A DNA stretch of 64,000 bases from an uncultured Thermococci archaeon (lineage in GTDB: Archaea > CAYQAE01 > CAYVLA01). The first letter of the stretch is position 1. Each line of letters opens with the position of its first letter. A program made the translations under genes and the position numbers. Below the pieces are notes generated by a model. It saw only the letters and a list, made by a program, of their open reading frames with translations, was not told where the DNA came from and ran no database searches. Shown piece after piece: positions 29,266 to 39,377 of this stretch. The stretch spans positions 13,802-77,801 of the forward strand of contig CAZJVP010000018.1 of assembly GCA_964549615.1 (NCBI GenBank). Direction: 5' to 3'.

Positions 29266-30023
29266 TTGCGACCCTCCAAGATCTTGCCCACAACGAAGCC
29301 TTTGACGGCGGAAAGGGCCTTGGAGGCGGGGTCCAAGGTGAATACGGACCTGCCCTCCCTGTCCGCCGTGGATACCTCGCTATCCTCGGGTATGATTGCA
29401 TCGATGCTGAGTCCGACCTGGGAGGCCATCCTCGCAAGATCCTCCCTACCATCGTTCACCCTGTTGGCTATCAGGTGGAACCTTCCGAACCTGGATCCGA
29501 GACTCTCAGCCAGCTTCATCATACGCTTCGCCGTTCTGAACCCCTTTAGGGAGAAGTCCGTGACTATGATGGCTTCGTCCACTGAACCGGCGGTCCTGCG
29601 ACTGATGTGCTCAAGTCCGGCCTCGGCGTCGATGACCACATAACGATATGAATTCGCCAAGGAGTCCAAGAGGTTTCGGAGGATGTTGTTGACTGCGCAG
29701 TAGCATCCTGGACCTTCGGGCCTACCCATCGCGAGGAGGTCGAATTTGTCCCCCTCGACCAGGATCTCGAAGATTCTGGACTCTAGCCAGATCCGCTTAT
29801 CAACCTCCGGCCCCATTCGCCTTTGCTCGCGGGATAGCTCCTCTCTGATGTCCCCCAAGGTCGATCCAACGCTCACCCCCAGAGTCTCCCCGAGGTTTGA
29901 ATCCGGATCGGCATCCACGGCGAGAATGGGGGCCTCCGCGCCCTCCTCTATCAGGGACCGCACGATCAGACCGGCAACTATCGTCTTGCCGGTTCCGCCT
30001 TTCCCCGCCACAAGTATGCGCAT
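29262..30023 (-). CDS. cooC: CooC/AcsF-type Ni-insertion ATPase
   Basis: GKGGTGKT, VDADPDSNL, MGRPEGPGCYCAVN, DAEAGLEHISR. Confidence 0.92.
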   Translation of the reverse strand: MRILVAGKGGTGKTIVAGLIVRSLIEEGAEAPILAVDADPDSNLGETLGVSVGSTLGDIREELSREQRRMGPEVDKRIWLESRIFEILVEGDKFDLLAMGRPEGPGCYCAVNNILRNLLDSLANSYRYVVIDAEAGLEHISRRTAGSVDEAIIVTDFSLKGFRTAKRMMKLAESLGSRFGRFHLIANRVNDGREDLARMASQVGLSIDAIIPEDSEVSTADREGRSVFTLDPASKALSAVKGFVVGKILEGRK

Positions 30024-30028
30024 GGGCC

Positions 30029-31399
30029 CTACTTTCCTCCCCTCCTAACGATGATGCGTTCGGCCTGTATTCGGGCGTTCTCGAGGATTATCCTGATCCC
30101 GGATCCCGCCGGCCAGCCGACGGCTTCCGCGGGCAGCTCCATCCTAGGAGCCACCAGCGCCTCCTCAGCCGCTTCCTTCCCCTCCTTCCATCGACCAACC
30201 ACAGGATGGCCACGCTGTCTGAGCGCTTCCTTGAGGCCCTCGATGTTGGCAACTTCTCTCTCCGTCGGGATCTTGTCTCTGAGATCTTCGGGGATCGCTT
30301 CTAGGACTGCCTCCTTGGTCCGGCTGGGAAGCCAGACGATCCGATTCCATCCCCCATCAGCTTGCAGGAACTTGGGTGAGCGCATGTACTCTATCGCCAT
30401 GCCCAGAAAGCCGTGGCTCTGTTTCCCCCCTCCAACCTGCGTCGCCATGGCCGAGAAGGTAAGGCCATTGACGGCCTCTCCCTGGAAATCCCTGGGCACT
30501 ATCCCTATCCCGTCAACCTCGGGGATGTAGAAGGCGATGGACTCGAAGCACCCGCAACTTGTGTGTGGATAGTCGAAGATGCTGTGCATATAGACCCTTT
30601 CCACCTCGCCCAAGGATCTCTCCTTGGTCACCGCGTTTATGCCCGAGTACTCTCCCGTCAGATCGTTGAGAAGCTCGCCTTTCGGAATCCGAAAGTTTGG
30701 CCCCTTGGGGTCAACCCTTGATGCAGCTCGAGCATCAAACCAGGTTATCGCGCCGCACAGAGCGATCCTGGTTGGCGTAATTGTGCAGACGTGAGTGGGG
30801 GCGAAGCTTTGACAAAGGACGCACCCGTAGAACTCATCAACGTCCTCGTCCCTCAGCGCCCGGGCCCTGGCATCCCGCGCCTTGTAGATCTCCATGGCCC
30901 TCTTCTGGAACTCCACGATCTCTTTGTCTTCGGTGAAGAAGGTAAATGAGATCTTCTCCGCTATCGGAAGCTCGGCCTTGAACAGCTTGATCAGGGCCAT
31001 GCCCAGGTATCTCAGGCTGTTGAACCCCTTCGCATACGCTTTCTTGCTGAGGCGACACCAGATGTCGTACCTTTGGTTCAGATGCATGAATCCCTCAATG
31101 TAGTTGCAGAACTCGTGGATCCGCCTTTCCAGCACCGCTTCCAGATCCTTCTCGATCTGCTCGCCGGCAACCTCCATGAGAATCCCAAAGTTGTAGTGCC
31201 CTCCCTCCTCCATCTGCGAGAGGTCGGGCCCGATGATGGTCACCTTTCCGTCCTCGACCTCCGAGAGCTCCTTGGCTTGGGTGAGCTCGGCCTTGTACTT
31301 GACCTTCGGCCCACCGAGCTCGACGTACATGTCGGGGGTCCGAATTCGCTCTCCCTCGTAGATCATGCCCATCTCAAAGGGTAGCTCTGAAGACTCCAT
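30029..31399 (-). CDS. cdhC: CODH/ACS complex beta subunit (acetyl-CoA synthase)
   Basis: YEGERIR, MHLNQRYDIW, FYGCVLCQSFAPTHVC, HTSCGCFE, KFLQADGGW. Confidence 0.97.
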   Translation of the reverse strand: MESSELPFEMGMIYEGERIRTPDMYVELGGPKVKYKAELTQAKELSEVEDGKVTIIGPDLSQMEEGGHYNFGILMEVAGEQIEKDLEAVLERRIHEFCNYIEGFMHLNQRYDIWCRLSKKAYAKGFNSLRYLGMALIKLFKAELPIAEKISFTFFTEDKEIVEFQKRAMEIYKARDARARALRDEDVDEFYGCVLCQSFAPTHVCTITPTRIALCGAITWFDARAASRVDPKGPNFRIPKGELLNDLTGEYSGINAVTKERSLGEVERVYMHSIFDYPHTSCGCFESIAFYIPEVDGIGIVPRDFQGEAVNGLTFSAMATQVGGGKQSHGFLGMAIEYMRSPKFLQADGGWNRIVWLPSRTKEAVLEAIPEDLRDKIPTEREVANIEGLKEALRQRGHPVVGRWKEGKEAAEEALVAPRMELPAEAVGWPAGSGIRIILENARIQAERIIVRRGGK

Positions 31400-31923
31400 T
31401 ACTCCTCACCCCTAAGAAGGCCGGCAAGCCTCTGCATCTGCGCATGCCACGTAGCCGGGACCAGGTTCGAGAAGGAATACCTCGCGTTAGGCTGGTAGTG
31501 TCTTCCAAGGCTAACGGTTCCTACCCCGCGCCCAAAGTGCTTCATCAATGAGAACATCTGCGACGCGTAGTAGTAATCCATGCCTAGAAAGATGACCAGA
31601 TCGTAGGCGCCTTTTCCATCGAACCCCTGCCAGTCGGGGTCCCTTAACCTGTCCATTACCTCCAGCACATTCATGTACACGTCCGGCTTCACCCCACTGG
31701 CGACCGCCATCAGCGGCCTGGTTCTCGGTGAGGCGACGAGGCTTGAACTCGGTATTGCCCTGACGACGGATAGCATCGCCCCGTCATCTGAGATCTCCGG
31801 CCCCAAGACGGTTAGGATGCGCCTCGCCCTGGATATGATCTTGCTCATCCTGTCCGCGTCAGCCACCACGGCCCTTACGTGCCCGGGATCATTTCCAAGA
31901 AACCAAGGCGTCGACTCCGACAT
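31399..31923 (-). CDS. cdhB: CODH/ACS complex epsilon subunit
   Basis: LRDPDWQGFDGKGAYDLVIFLG, YQPNARYSFSN; lies between cdhA and cdhC. Confidence 0.92.
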   Translation of the reverse strand: MSESTPWFLGNDPGHVRAVVADADRMSKIISRARRILTVLGPEISDDGAMLSVVRAIPSSSLVASPRTRPLMAVASGVKPDVYMNVLEVMDRLRDPDWQGFDGKGAYDLVIFLGMDYYYASQMFSLMKHFGRGVGTVSLGRHYQPNARYSFSNLVPATWHAQMQRLAGLLRGEE

Positions 31924-31926
31924 GGA

Positions 31927-34254
31927 TCATCTGCCTCTCACTAATCTTTCAAGCAAAGTGGGATCGGGGATCTTCCTGGGTTCCCAGTTTCTATCCTTCA
32001 ACAGTTGAAGTATCTCAGTCTTCATCGTTATTGGGATGTCGGCCTGGGTTCTGACGAAAAGGTGCAGGTCCTCTGGCATCGATCCGAGGTACTTCCTGTG
32101 CAGGTCGACGTAATGGGTCAGCTTGATCTGCCGCCCTTTGCTTGTGTCGTTGGGCCTGATGCACAGCTTGGCCGCTGCAACTATGGCGTCCTCCTTCGAA
32201 TCCGCCACGTACAGGAGGTGAAGCGGCGCGGGCTCGGTTTGAATTCTCGACCCATCGCGGGCATCATAGACCCACCAGTCCTCGTTCTTGTCCTGTCTAC
32301 CGACGTACGTCCTCCGGTACTTCGAAGCCTGGCTGCTGACAATGGCCGGGATGCCCAGCCGGTTGAACCCGGTCGCTATGGATGCCGCCTTCTGGGACAT
32401 CGCCCCCCAAGCTATGCCGACGGCGCCTACCCTGTTGAGGACGTAGTCGGCTATCTCCTCGAAATTGCCCCTCAGACGCCTCCCTGCGAATATGCTGGCG
32501 ACCTTTATCGCGGCTCCCGAGATGTGGGCATTCGCGACGCACGATCCCACGTTGCACAGGCAGCCTCCGTCGAAGTCCCCTGGGTATCTTTCGTAAAGGC
32601 TCTTGCCTTCCTCATCCGCGTATGTCGCAAGATCCATCGCCGAGCAGCCGGACGCGGTCACGATGTATCTGCGATCAAGAAAGATCCTTGCCATCTCGCC
32701 TATCTCCTTGTATCCCCCTGGATAGTTCGGACAGCCGACGAAAGCGACCACCCCCGGGATCTCCCCCAGGACTATTGGCGCTCCGACCTTTCTGATCTCA
32801 ACGTCCTGGATGGGTCCCCTGCCAGCCCGGAGTTTGAACTTCTCCTTGCTGATCCTGCCGGATGCACCCTCATTTATCATGTTGATTATGGGCATGTGTT
32901 GAGGGCAGGCCGATTCGCAGCGGGCACAGCCCGTGCAGCGCTCGTAGAACTCCTCGAAGAGGGAGAAATCCCCTTCGGCCGCCCTTGCCATCGCCTTCGG
33001 GATGTCCAAGTTGCTTTGACACTCCCTAACGCACGCCTCGCACTCGGTGCACCTAACGGCCATGGAGGAGAGGCGCTCCGCGTCGAGCTTCTTCCCATGT
33101 CCTTTCTTGTGCAGCTCAATTGCAGTCCTTACGGCCACCTCGCCGGCCTTTGCCTCATCTGTAATGAGCGCGCCGGGGGCCTTGTCCTGAACAAGGTCCC
33201 GCACTATCTCGTCCGCAGGATCATTCGTCCTATCCTGAAGTCCGTAGCAGATCTTGGCCGTGGTTGCGATCACCGGGGTTTTAAGTTTCTTGGCCTCCTC
33301 AAGAACATCGGCTCTCACGCATTGCTCATCGACGATTATGACATCGGCTATCCCCATTCGGATGAACCTTAGTTGCTTGGAGAGCGGGCCGATCACCTTG
33401 GTGGCCTTGCTGTACCTTGAGAGATCCAGGGCAGTGCAGCAGATGCCCGCAACCTCCACATCCTCCTGCAGCCCATTCCTCTCAAGGTACTCTATGACCT
33501 CTGCACCGGGCAGGACGCTATGACCTATGGCTAGGATCACGGGCTTTGCCGGGTCGATGCAGCCCAGCCCTATGTCCACGAGGGGCGCATCGGCGTCCCC
33601 TTTGGGATAGGGAAGCGCCACGACCTGGGCGAGGTCGGCAATTTCCATGAACATGTGGTCAATCATACTTATGTGAAGGGATTTGGACTCGAAGTCCATG
33701 TAGCTTCCCTCCTGCCCGGTGTGCGTGGCCGATAGGAGATCCATCAGCTGGCGCTCCCCGTATTCCAAAGGGGGCAGTAGGTCGGCCAGGGTGGTGGGCT
33801 TGCTGCCATGTATCAGACGCACGAGCGGCGCCTCGACCTGGATCTTGTCGCCAAGGTTGATAGGGTGGCCGGGGCCGTATTTCTCCACGAGCCTCTCCAC
33901 CAACTCCCTGGCGTGAGCGCCGTGGGCAGACGCACCGATGCAGCATGCGAGAAGTATGATCCTTCCCTGCTGGCTTTCTATGTCAAGGCCGCAGGCACCC
34001 TTCTTGCCGTTGGAGAGATCGCATTTCCCGTAGGTGCAGAGGCAGCACATGTCGCAGAATGGGGCATACATGGGCCTGTACCGCGACAGCAGCTTCCGGT
34101 CCCATTCCCTCAGATCCAAAGGACCCGGAGCCGGCGTCGGGCCGCAGACCTCTTCCCATTCTTCGACCAGGACCTTTCCGACCTTTATCTCCAGCCCTCT
34201 GATCCTTCCAAAAGAGGTGACTACCTCATCGGCCTTAATTCTCGCTGCGCTCAT
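31927..34254 (-). CDS. cdhA: CODH/ACS complex alpha subunit (CO dehydrogenase)
   Basis: GPTP, CDMCCLCTYGKCDL, HTGQEG, GICCTA, VDEQCVR, two CxxCxxCxxxC, GSCVANAH, WGAMSQKA. Confidence 0.97.
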   Translation of the reverse strand: MSAARIKADEVVTSFGRIRGLEIKVGKVLVEEWEEVCGPTPAPGPLDLREWDRKLLSRYRPMYAPFCDMCCLCTYGKCDLSNGKKGACGLDIESQQGRIILLACCIGASAHGAHARELVERLVEKYGPGHPINLGDKIQVEAPLVRLIHGSKPTTLADLLPPLEYGERQLMDLLSATHTGQEGSYMDFESKSLHISMIDHMFMEIADLAQVVALPYPKGDADAPLVDIGLGCIDPAKPVILAIGHSVLPGAEVIEYLERNGLQEDVEVAGICCTALDLSRYSKATKVIGPLSKQLRFIRMGIADVIIVDEQCVRADVLEEAKKLKTPVIATTAKICYGLQDRTNDPADEIVRDLVQDKAPGALITDEAKAGEVAVRTAIELHKKGHGKKLDAERLSSMAVRCTECEACVRECQSNLDIPKAMARAAEGDFSLFEEFYERCTGCARCESACPQHMPIINMINEGASGRISKEKFKLRAGRGPIQDVEIRKVGAPIVLGEIPGVVAFVGCPNYPGGYKEIGEMARIFLDRRYIVTASGCSAMDLATYADEEGKSLYERYPGDFDGGCLCNVGSCVANAHISGAAIKVASIFAGRRLRGNFEEIADYVLNRVGAVGIAWGAMSQKAASIATGFNRLGIPAIVSSQASKYRRTYVGRQDKNEDWWVYDARDGSRIQTEPAPLHLLYVADSKEDAIVAAAKLCIRPNDTSKGRQIKLTHYVDLHRKYLGSMPEDLHLFVRTQADIPITMKTEILQLLKDRNWEPRKIPDPTLLERLVRGR

Positions 34255-35387
34255 CCCTCCCCACCTTCCTCCTCAACGGGCACCTCTGCAGACCTGAACG
34301 GCAAGGCCGACTCCTTTCTCATCAGATCGAAAAGCTTCAGATTGCCCCTGTACCGTTTGGACCTAGACATCCTCCTGAGCGTTTTCGGCTTCGTCGGCCT
34401 TGCCGTCTCCAAGATTCCATCCTTGACGAGCGCATTCAAGATCTCCTCGCCCCTTTGTGTTCTGGCAATCACCGTGCACCAACCATCTGCAGCGCCGACG
34501 GCCCCAACCGACACGTCCGCAAACTCGGCGGTGAAGTCGCGGCAAGCAAGGCATCCAGGGTTGATCACCGATTTCATCTCGGGAAGCGGGATCTCCACGA
34601 ATTGGCTTCCCGCTTGCACTTTGAAGTTGCCTTTTATGTTGAGCTTCGTGATCGTCTTCGGGTCCACCCCCCTTTCCGGCAGGAAGGTGGTCACCATCTT
34701 CTCGCAGAAGTTCTCGCTGCAAAAGATCCCAACGAGGAGCGCCACCCTCTGGGTGAGGCTCTTGAGTCCACCGAACTCCAACTTCCTGAAGGCTGCTAGG
34801 TGGCACGGCAGGCCAACGAGGGCCACGCTCTCCAGCTTCTCCTGCCGGGCCCACCTCAAGGCCACTAGGTTAGGCGACAGGTTGTATTTCGATTTCGATG
34901 CCTGCCTTGCCTCCTCCCAGCTCCTTGCCAGGAACGGCGACCCAATAAAGCTCTCATCGGCCTTGCAGACGATCGCCCCATCTATCCTTTTCTTCTCGAA
35001 GGCGTACTTGAGGATGGCCGAAACAACCCCCCCGTCCTGAGCCCGGCCTACAACCTCCGGATCGACCGCCCTTGCAGCAATAATCTGGACATGGTACCCG
35101 AGCTCGTCCTTCTCGCCCCTGAAGAGCCTGCTCTCGATCTCCTCGGTGTACATGAAACTCCTGGGACAATGAATGGCGCAAAGCCCGCAGGTTATGCATT
35201 TCGCGCTGCCCTTCATCACCGGGAGCCCGTCGCGGCCAAACTCGATGACGTTTCGCGGGCAGACGGCCGAGCAAGCACCGCAACCGGAGCACAGGTCTCT
35301 CAGGACCACCTCATTCACCAGTCCCTGGAAGCCCTGCTCCCTCATCCTCAACGTGAAACTCTCGATTGCCTGCTCATCCGTTTCCAA
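34251..35387 (-). CDS. FrhB/FpoF-like F420-binding flavoprotein with an N-terminal 2x[4Fe-4S] ferredoxin domain
   Basis: CSGCGACSAVCP and CITCGLCAIHCPR, AQDGGVVSA, SKY, VGLPCH, GIFCSENF, GCLACRDFTAEFADVSVG, GWCTVIART. TTG 35387 follows AAGGTGG. Confidence 0.9.
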   Translation of the reverse strand: METDEQAIESFTLRMREQGFQGLVNEVVLRDLCSGCGACSAVCPRNVIEFGRDGLPVMKGSAKCITCGLCAIHCPRSFMYTEEIESRLFRGEKDELGYHVQIIAARAVDPEVVGRAQDGGVVSAILKYAFEKKRIDGAIVCKADESFIGSPFLARSWEEARQASKSKYNLSPNLVALRWARQEKLESVALVGLPCHLAAFRKLEFGGLKSLTQRVALLVGIFCSENFCEKMVTTFLPERGVDPKTITKLNIKGNFKVQAGSQFVEIPLPEMKSVINPGCLACRDFTAEFADVSVGAVGAADGWCTVIARTQRGEEILNALVKDGILETARPTKPKTLRRMSRSKRYRGNLKLFDLMRKESALPFRSAEVPVEEEGGEG

Positions 35388-36168
35388 TGGAATCCACCTT
35401 CCCGACCAGCTTCTCGGCAAGCCCCTCGATGGCTGATACTGCCTTGCTCTCGGGGTGAGCATCGATCAGGGCCTTCCCCTTCATCTGGGCGTCGATCACG
35501 CATTCATCGTGGGGAACAATCTGAAGTATCTCAAATCCGCTGAGGGAATCCACTACGAATCTTTGCTCGGCTCCGTTCCTCACCTTGTTCGCAACAATGG
35601 CCTGCCTCAAGCCGAGCTGATCCGCAAGGGCACCGATTCGTTTGGCCGTCATTATCCCCGGAACCGTTGGTTCAACGATTATAAGGAGGAGGTCAGCGTA
35701 CCTCGCGGTCCCCCTGCCCAAGTGTTCAATCCCCGCCTCCATGTCGACCACGACATGGTGTTCGTCGGCCAGCACCCTTCTCAGGAAGGCCTTGAGGAAA
35801 GCGTTGGCCGGACATGTGCACCCGCTCCCGGCGGACCTGATGGTTCCGAGCAGCACGAATCGCACTCCGTCAGGTCCCTCTATCGCCAGCTTCTGCGGGA
35901 GATCCGAGACCTTTGGGTTAGCCTTGAAGACTGCGCCTATGGAGTAGGGTTCGGCCCCCGTCCTTTCCCGGATCAACTCTTTCATATCAGACAGGGGCAG
36001 TAGGTCCGAGACCTGCTCGTCTGGGATCCCAAGGCTGGAATGGAGGTTGTAGTTGGCATCCGCGTCTATCGCAAGGACCTTCAGTCCTCGTCTGGCCAGC
36101 TGCCTCGTAAGGGTTCCAGCGATGACGGTTTTTCCGGTTCCTCCCTTGCCGCTGACGCACACCTTCAC
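35374..36168 (-). CDS. cooC: Second CooC-type Ni-insertion ATPase, first gene of the cdh operon
   Basis: SGKGGTGKT, IDADANYNL, GSGCTCP, DMEAGIEHLGRGTA. Confidence 0.92.
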   Translation of the reverse strand: MKVCVSGKGGTGKTVIAGTLTRQLARRGLKVLAIDADANYNLHSSLGIPDEQVSDLLPLSDMKELIRERTGAEPYSIGAVFKANPKVSDLPQKLAIEGPDGVRFVLLGTIRSAGSGCTCPANAFLKAFLRRVLADEHHVVVDMEAGIEHLGRGTARYADLLLIIVEPTVPGIMTAKRIGALADQLGLRQAIVANKVRNGAEQRFVVDSLSGFEILQIVPHDECVIDAQMKGKALIDAHPESKAVSAIEGLAEKLVGKVDSIGNG

Positions 36169-36848
36169 GAGATACCCTTTCCTAGGCTATTGCGCAGCCG
36201 ATCGGGCATAAATATCTCCTCCAAATATGAAAGTCTGCAACTTTCCGCGTGCGCCGTTCTTGCGGTTCCCGGCCACTCAACACCCGTCAGCCTCTCGGCT
36301 GCCCAGCCAAGGCTCGCGAAACGGGGGCACGATCCTTTTGAAATCATGAACGGGTTAATCAAGGTGGCACAGACGGCAGAACAGCCCCGGTCGTCTCTGC
36401 AATCATGCCGAGCTCGATCTCTCCGGCGCCAACGGCCGCAGCCACCTGATCAACGGGGGATGTCGTCACGGTCGTCCTCTCGGACGGCCTCGTCTGACGC
36501 GCTGCCTTGGCCGAAATCGGAGGAATCTTCGCCTGAATGCGTCAGCTCGGGAAGATGCTCCTGTGAAACCCGGAGAATTCCAGCATGTCGGTTCACCACC
36601 TGTTTTCGACTATTTCAACAGAGACCTGGTGGATTCAGACTGCACAATTGGTTGTGCACTGGCCAGTCAATCTGTAAAGGACGCAGTCGCTAGGTGGAAG
36701 GAGAGGAAAAAAAGTAATCCACCGGCCGAGATCCCAAGCAAGACGGGCTGAGGAAGGACCCTCTCTGCCCAGGTCTTGGAGATGGCCGACAACATCGAGG
36801 TTTTGGAGGTGGAGGTGATGCGCCCAATCCAGTCCTAGGGACCTTGGC

Positions 36849-37973
36849 CTACCTCTTCGACCTGCCAAACTCCTCCAACGTCCGCTGCAGCAGCTTTTCC
36901 AGACGGAGGACGTGGTTATCCCACGTGAGGTCCTTGACGCTCCGAACGGCATTAGCGGACATCTCCGCCCGCTTGGAGTCGTCAGATAGCTCCTTGATTC
37001 CCTGCGCTAGGGAATTCGCATCTCTGGTACGCAACACGCAGTTGTGGCCGTCAACCAGGATGGTGTCGTAGCCGAAATTGGGCGCCACGATGGGGAGCCC
37101 GCACGCAAGGGCCTCGTAGCAAATCATCGTCAGATCGCGCCTGTACTCGTTGCCTATGAAGAGGAAGATGTCGCTGCTCGCGAAAGCATCCTCCACGTTG
37201 CTTAGAAAGCCGCCCACATATGTGAGGTTTGGTGCGTCCAGGTCCTCGATGAACTTCCTTTGCGGGCCGTCGCCGGCCACAAGGAAGTGGACCTCGTTTC
37301 GGAGCCTCTTGACGATCTTGACGAGTATGTCGACTCCCTTCTGGTAGCTCAGCCTGCCTGCGAAAAAGACGACAGGTTTGTCGTCAGGCAGTCCAAAATC
37401 CACCGATGGCTTCCTTTCAGGCTTGAAGCGGTCATGATCGATTCCGAAGGGTATCCTGTGGTATTTCGTCAGGCCCAACCGTTCGAGCTCTGCGGCCACA
37501 GTCCTAGACTCAAGTAGCAGGCAATCGCACTTCATGTACATTCTCTTGGAGTAGAAATCCATGAGCGGCTTCCAGGGAGCAAAGAGCGACCGAAAAGCAG
37601 CCCCCATGCTCACCGATTCGAGGCAGTGAAGGAAGGCCACGATCGGCCTGCGGTTGTTCTTCGCCGCGAAAAGGGCGATCGAGCCGAGAGGAGCTATCGA
37701 CTGGAGGAAAACGATGTCGTAGTCTATGACCACCTTCTTGGCCTCGCCGTAGGCGGGGAAGGTGAAGTCGTAGCCATGAACTGCGATGTCGATGCTTTTC
37801 AACCTGTGGACATGGATGCCGTTGGGATCCCGGTCGGTCTGCCTCATGCCGAACATCGGGGCTAGCACGCCGACCTCATTTCCGCGAACCAGCCGCTTAG
37901 ACGTTTCATCGATATACCTAACCACGCCATCGGTCTTTGGAAAGTAGGAATCCGTGGCGTAGAGGATTTTCAT
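36849..37973 (-). CDS. Glycosyltransferase family 4 (GT-B)
   Basis: TDSYFPKTDGV, FGIDHDRF, AGRLSYQKG, AGDGP, YEALACGLPIV. Confidence 0.9.
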   Translation of the reverse strand: MKILYATDSYFPKTDGVVRYIDETSKRLVRGNEVGVLAPMFGMRQTDRDPNGIHVHRLKSIDIAVHGYDFTFPAYGEAKKVVIDYDIVFLQSIAPLGSIALFAAKNNRRPIVAFLHCLESVSMGAAFRSLFAPWKPLMDFYSKRMYMKCDCLLLESRTVAAELERLGLTKYHRIPFGIDHDRFKPERKPSVDFGLPDDKPVVFFAGRLSYQKGVDILVKIVKRLRNEVHFLVAGDGPQRKFIEDLDAPNLTYVGGFLSNVEDAFASSDIFLFIGNEYRRDLTMICYEALACGLPIVAPNFGYDTILVDGHNCVLRTRDANSLAQGIKELSDDSKRAEMSANAVRSVKDLTWDNHVLRLEKLLQRTLEEFGRSKR

Positions 37974-38034
37974 TTGGCGCCCCCGGGCCTCGATAACAAA
38001 AAAATCTTATTACCGGGCGACACAGCCAAAAACC

Positions 38035-38658
38035 GTGTACCTAAAGCTCGACCCCAACAACTGGGCTACCGTAGCGAGGCGAGCCAGATCCATCATGGTC
38101 AGGGGGGGCCTAGTCGTGTATCCGACGGATACCGTCTACGGGCTTGGGGCTGATGCTTCGAATGAGCGGGCCGTTGACGCCGTCTACCTCGCCAAGGGCC
38201 GGCCGCCGGAGAAGGCGATCTCGATTGCCGTTGCAAGCATAGAAAAGATCAGACAGCTTGCGGAACTTGATGCCGGGCTCGAAAAGGCTCTCTCGATGAT
38301 GATGCCCGGCGCCTACACCGTTCTACTCCGGGCCAAGGGCAAGATGGCACACCTCTCAAGCCGCGGGAGGATCGGGATCAGAATCCCGAAGCACGACTTC
38401 GCCCTCATGCTCTGCCGCGATTTCCCGATCACGTGCACGAGCGCTAACCTCTCGGGTCAGCCCAGCCCAAGGTCGGCCTCCGAGGTGAACGTTGCCGCGG
38501 ACCTCGTCATCGATGGCGGGCCCTGTCCGTTGGGCCTGGAGTCGACCGTGATCGATCTTTCATCCGATTGCCCGAGGGTTCTGAGGAAAGGGTCCGGCGA
38601 CCTGGGGGCCGTGAGGCGGGCCCTTCTTGATTCAGGCCTTCCCGATCTAGCGGAGTAG
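38035..38658 (+). CDS. tsaC: L-threonylcarbamoyladenylate synthase (single-domain TsaC/YrdC type)
   Basis: VYPTDTVYGL, KGRP..K, PGAYT, IGIRIP, TSANLSG, STVIDL; no SUA5 C-terminal domain. Confidence 0.92.
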   Translation: MYLKLDPNNWATVARRARSIMVRGGLVVYPTDTVYGLGADASNERAVDAVYLAKGRPPEKAISIAVASIEKIRQLAELDAGLEKALSMMMPGAYTVLLRAKGKMAHLSSRGRIGIRIPKHDFALMLCRDFPITCTSANLSGQPSPRSASEVNVAADLVIDGGPCPLGLESTVIDLSSDCPRVLRKGSGDLGAVRRALLDSGLPDLAE

Positions 38659-38702
38659 CGGCTTTCCCAACTGCGTGTCGCCCCAAGACCCGTGTGGTGC
38701 GA

Positions 38703-39230
38703 TTAGCTACGGCGCCCGCCTTCCAGTCTGCGAAACGCCTGCGCAAGGCCCGCAACGAGCGAATCCGCGCCTTCACGGACCATGGGCGATAATGGCTCCC
38801 CGAATCCGCAGCTCTGGATCTGCACGCCCAGGAGGAAGGTGTCGACACGGGCCCCCTTCTGCCTTGAGACGATCCTGCAGAAGAGCGAGAGGGGCAGCCT
38901 GTGCGTGGAAACGGCGTGCCCCCAGATGTCATCCTCCTCAGCTTGGACCAATGTACCCGGATTCAGCCCCGCCTGAGCGGCATCGACGAGGATGACGTGG
39001 GACGGATCGTGGGAAACCACCTCGGACAGGTAGTTCTCCGGAACCTCCCCGCAGGGAATCACCGCTACGAAGCTGGGCATTTCCAGCGCGAGGAGACGCT
39101 GGGCGACGTAGAGTCCAACGCCATCATCGCCGCGAAGCTCGTTTCCCACCCCGCAGACCACGACCCTGGTCGCATCGGCCAGCCTTCTGGACACCGCCGC
39201 GACTAGGCCTGTCCTTTCCAGGACTCGCAC
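38703..39230 (-). CDS. [NiFe]-hydrogenase maturation protease (HycI-like)
   Basis: GVGNELRGDDGVG, GEVPEN, LVDAA, STHRLPL, LGVQ..FGEPLS. Confidence 0.9.
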   Translation of the reverse strand: MRVLERTGLVAAVSRRLADATRVVVCGVGNELRGDDGVGLYVAQRLLALEMPSFVAVIPCGEVPENYLSEVVSHDPSHVILVDAAQAGLNPGTLVQAEEDDIWGHAVSTHRLPLSLFCRIVSRQKGARVDTFLLGVQIQSCGFGEPLSPMVREGADSLVAGLAQAFRRLEGGRRS

Positions 39231-39377
39231 GAATCAAGTTCACCCAAGCTCGGAAAAATGTCTCCGGCTAGGAGTCTACCGGCTCTTTGAGTGTCTGGGG
39301 GTGGGCTCTGCGCTACCTGTCTCCCGTTGCCAGTTGGCACGAATCCTATAAGTACCTCAAGATACCTGACTGTCTCG

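Noticed and set aside
32005-35040. Long + strand ORFs (455 aa, 410 aa) and similar antisense ORFs across the window
   Set aside because: Shadow frames of GC-rich genes (cdhA, FrhB-like) with no motifs.
36200-36840. 62-aa ORF at 36563-36751 and inverted repeat TGCACAA-N4-TTGTGCA (36641-36658) upstream of the cdh operon
   Set aside because: No recognisable family; a single 7-bp repeat ~470 nt from the cooC start is too weak to call. A blastx would settle whether this is another remnant.
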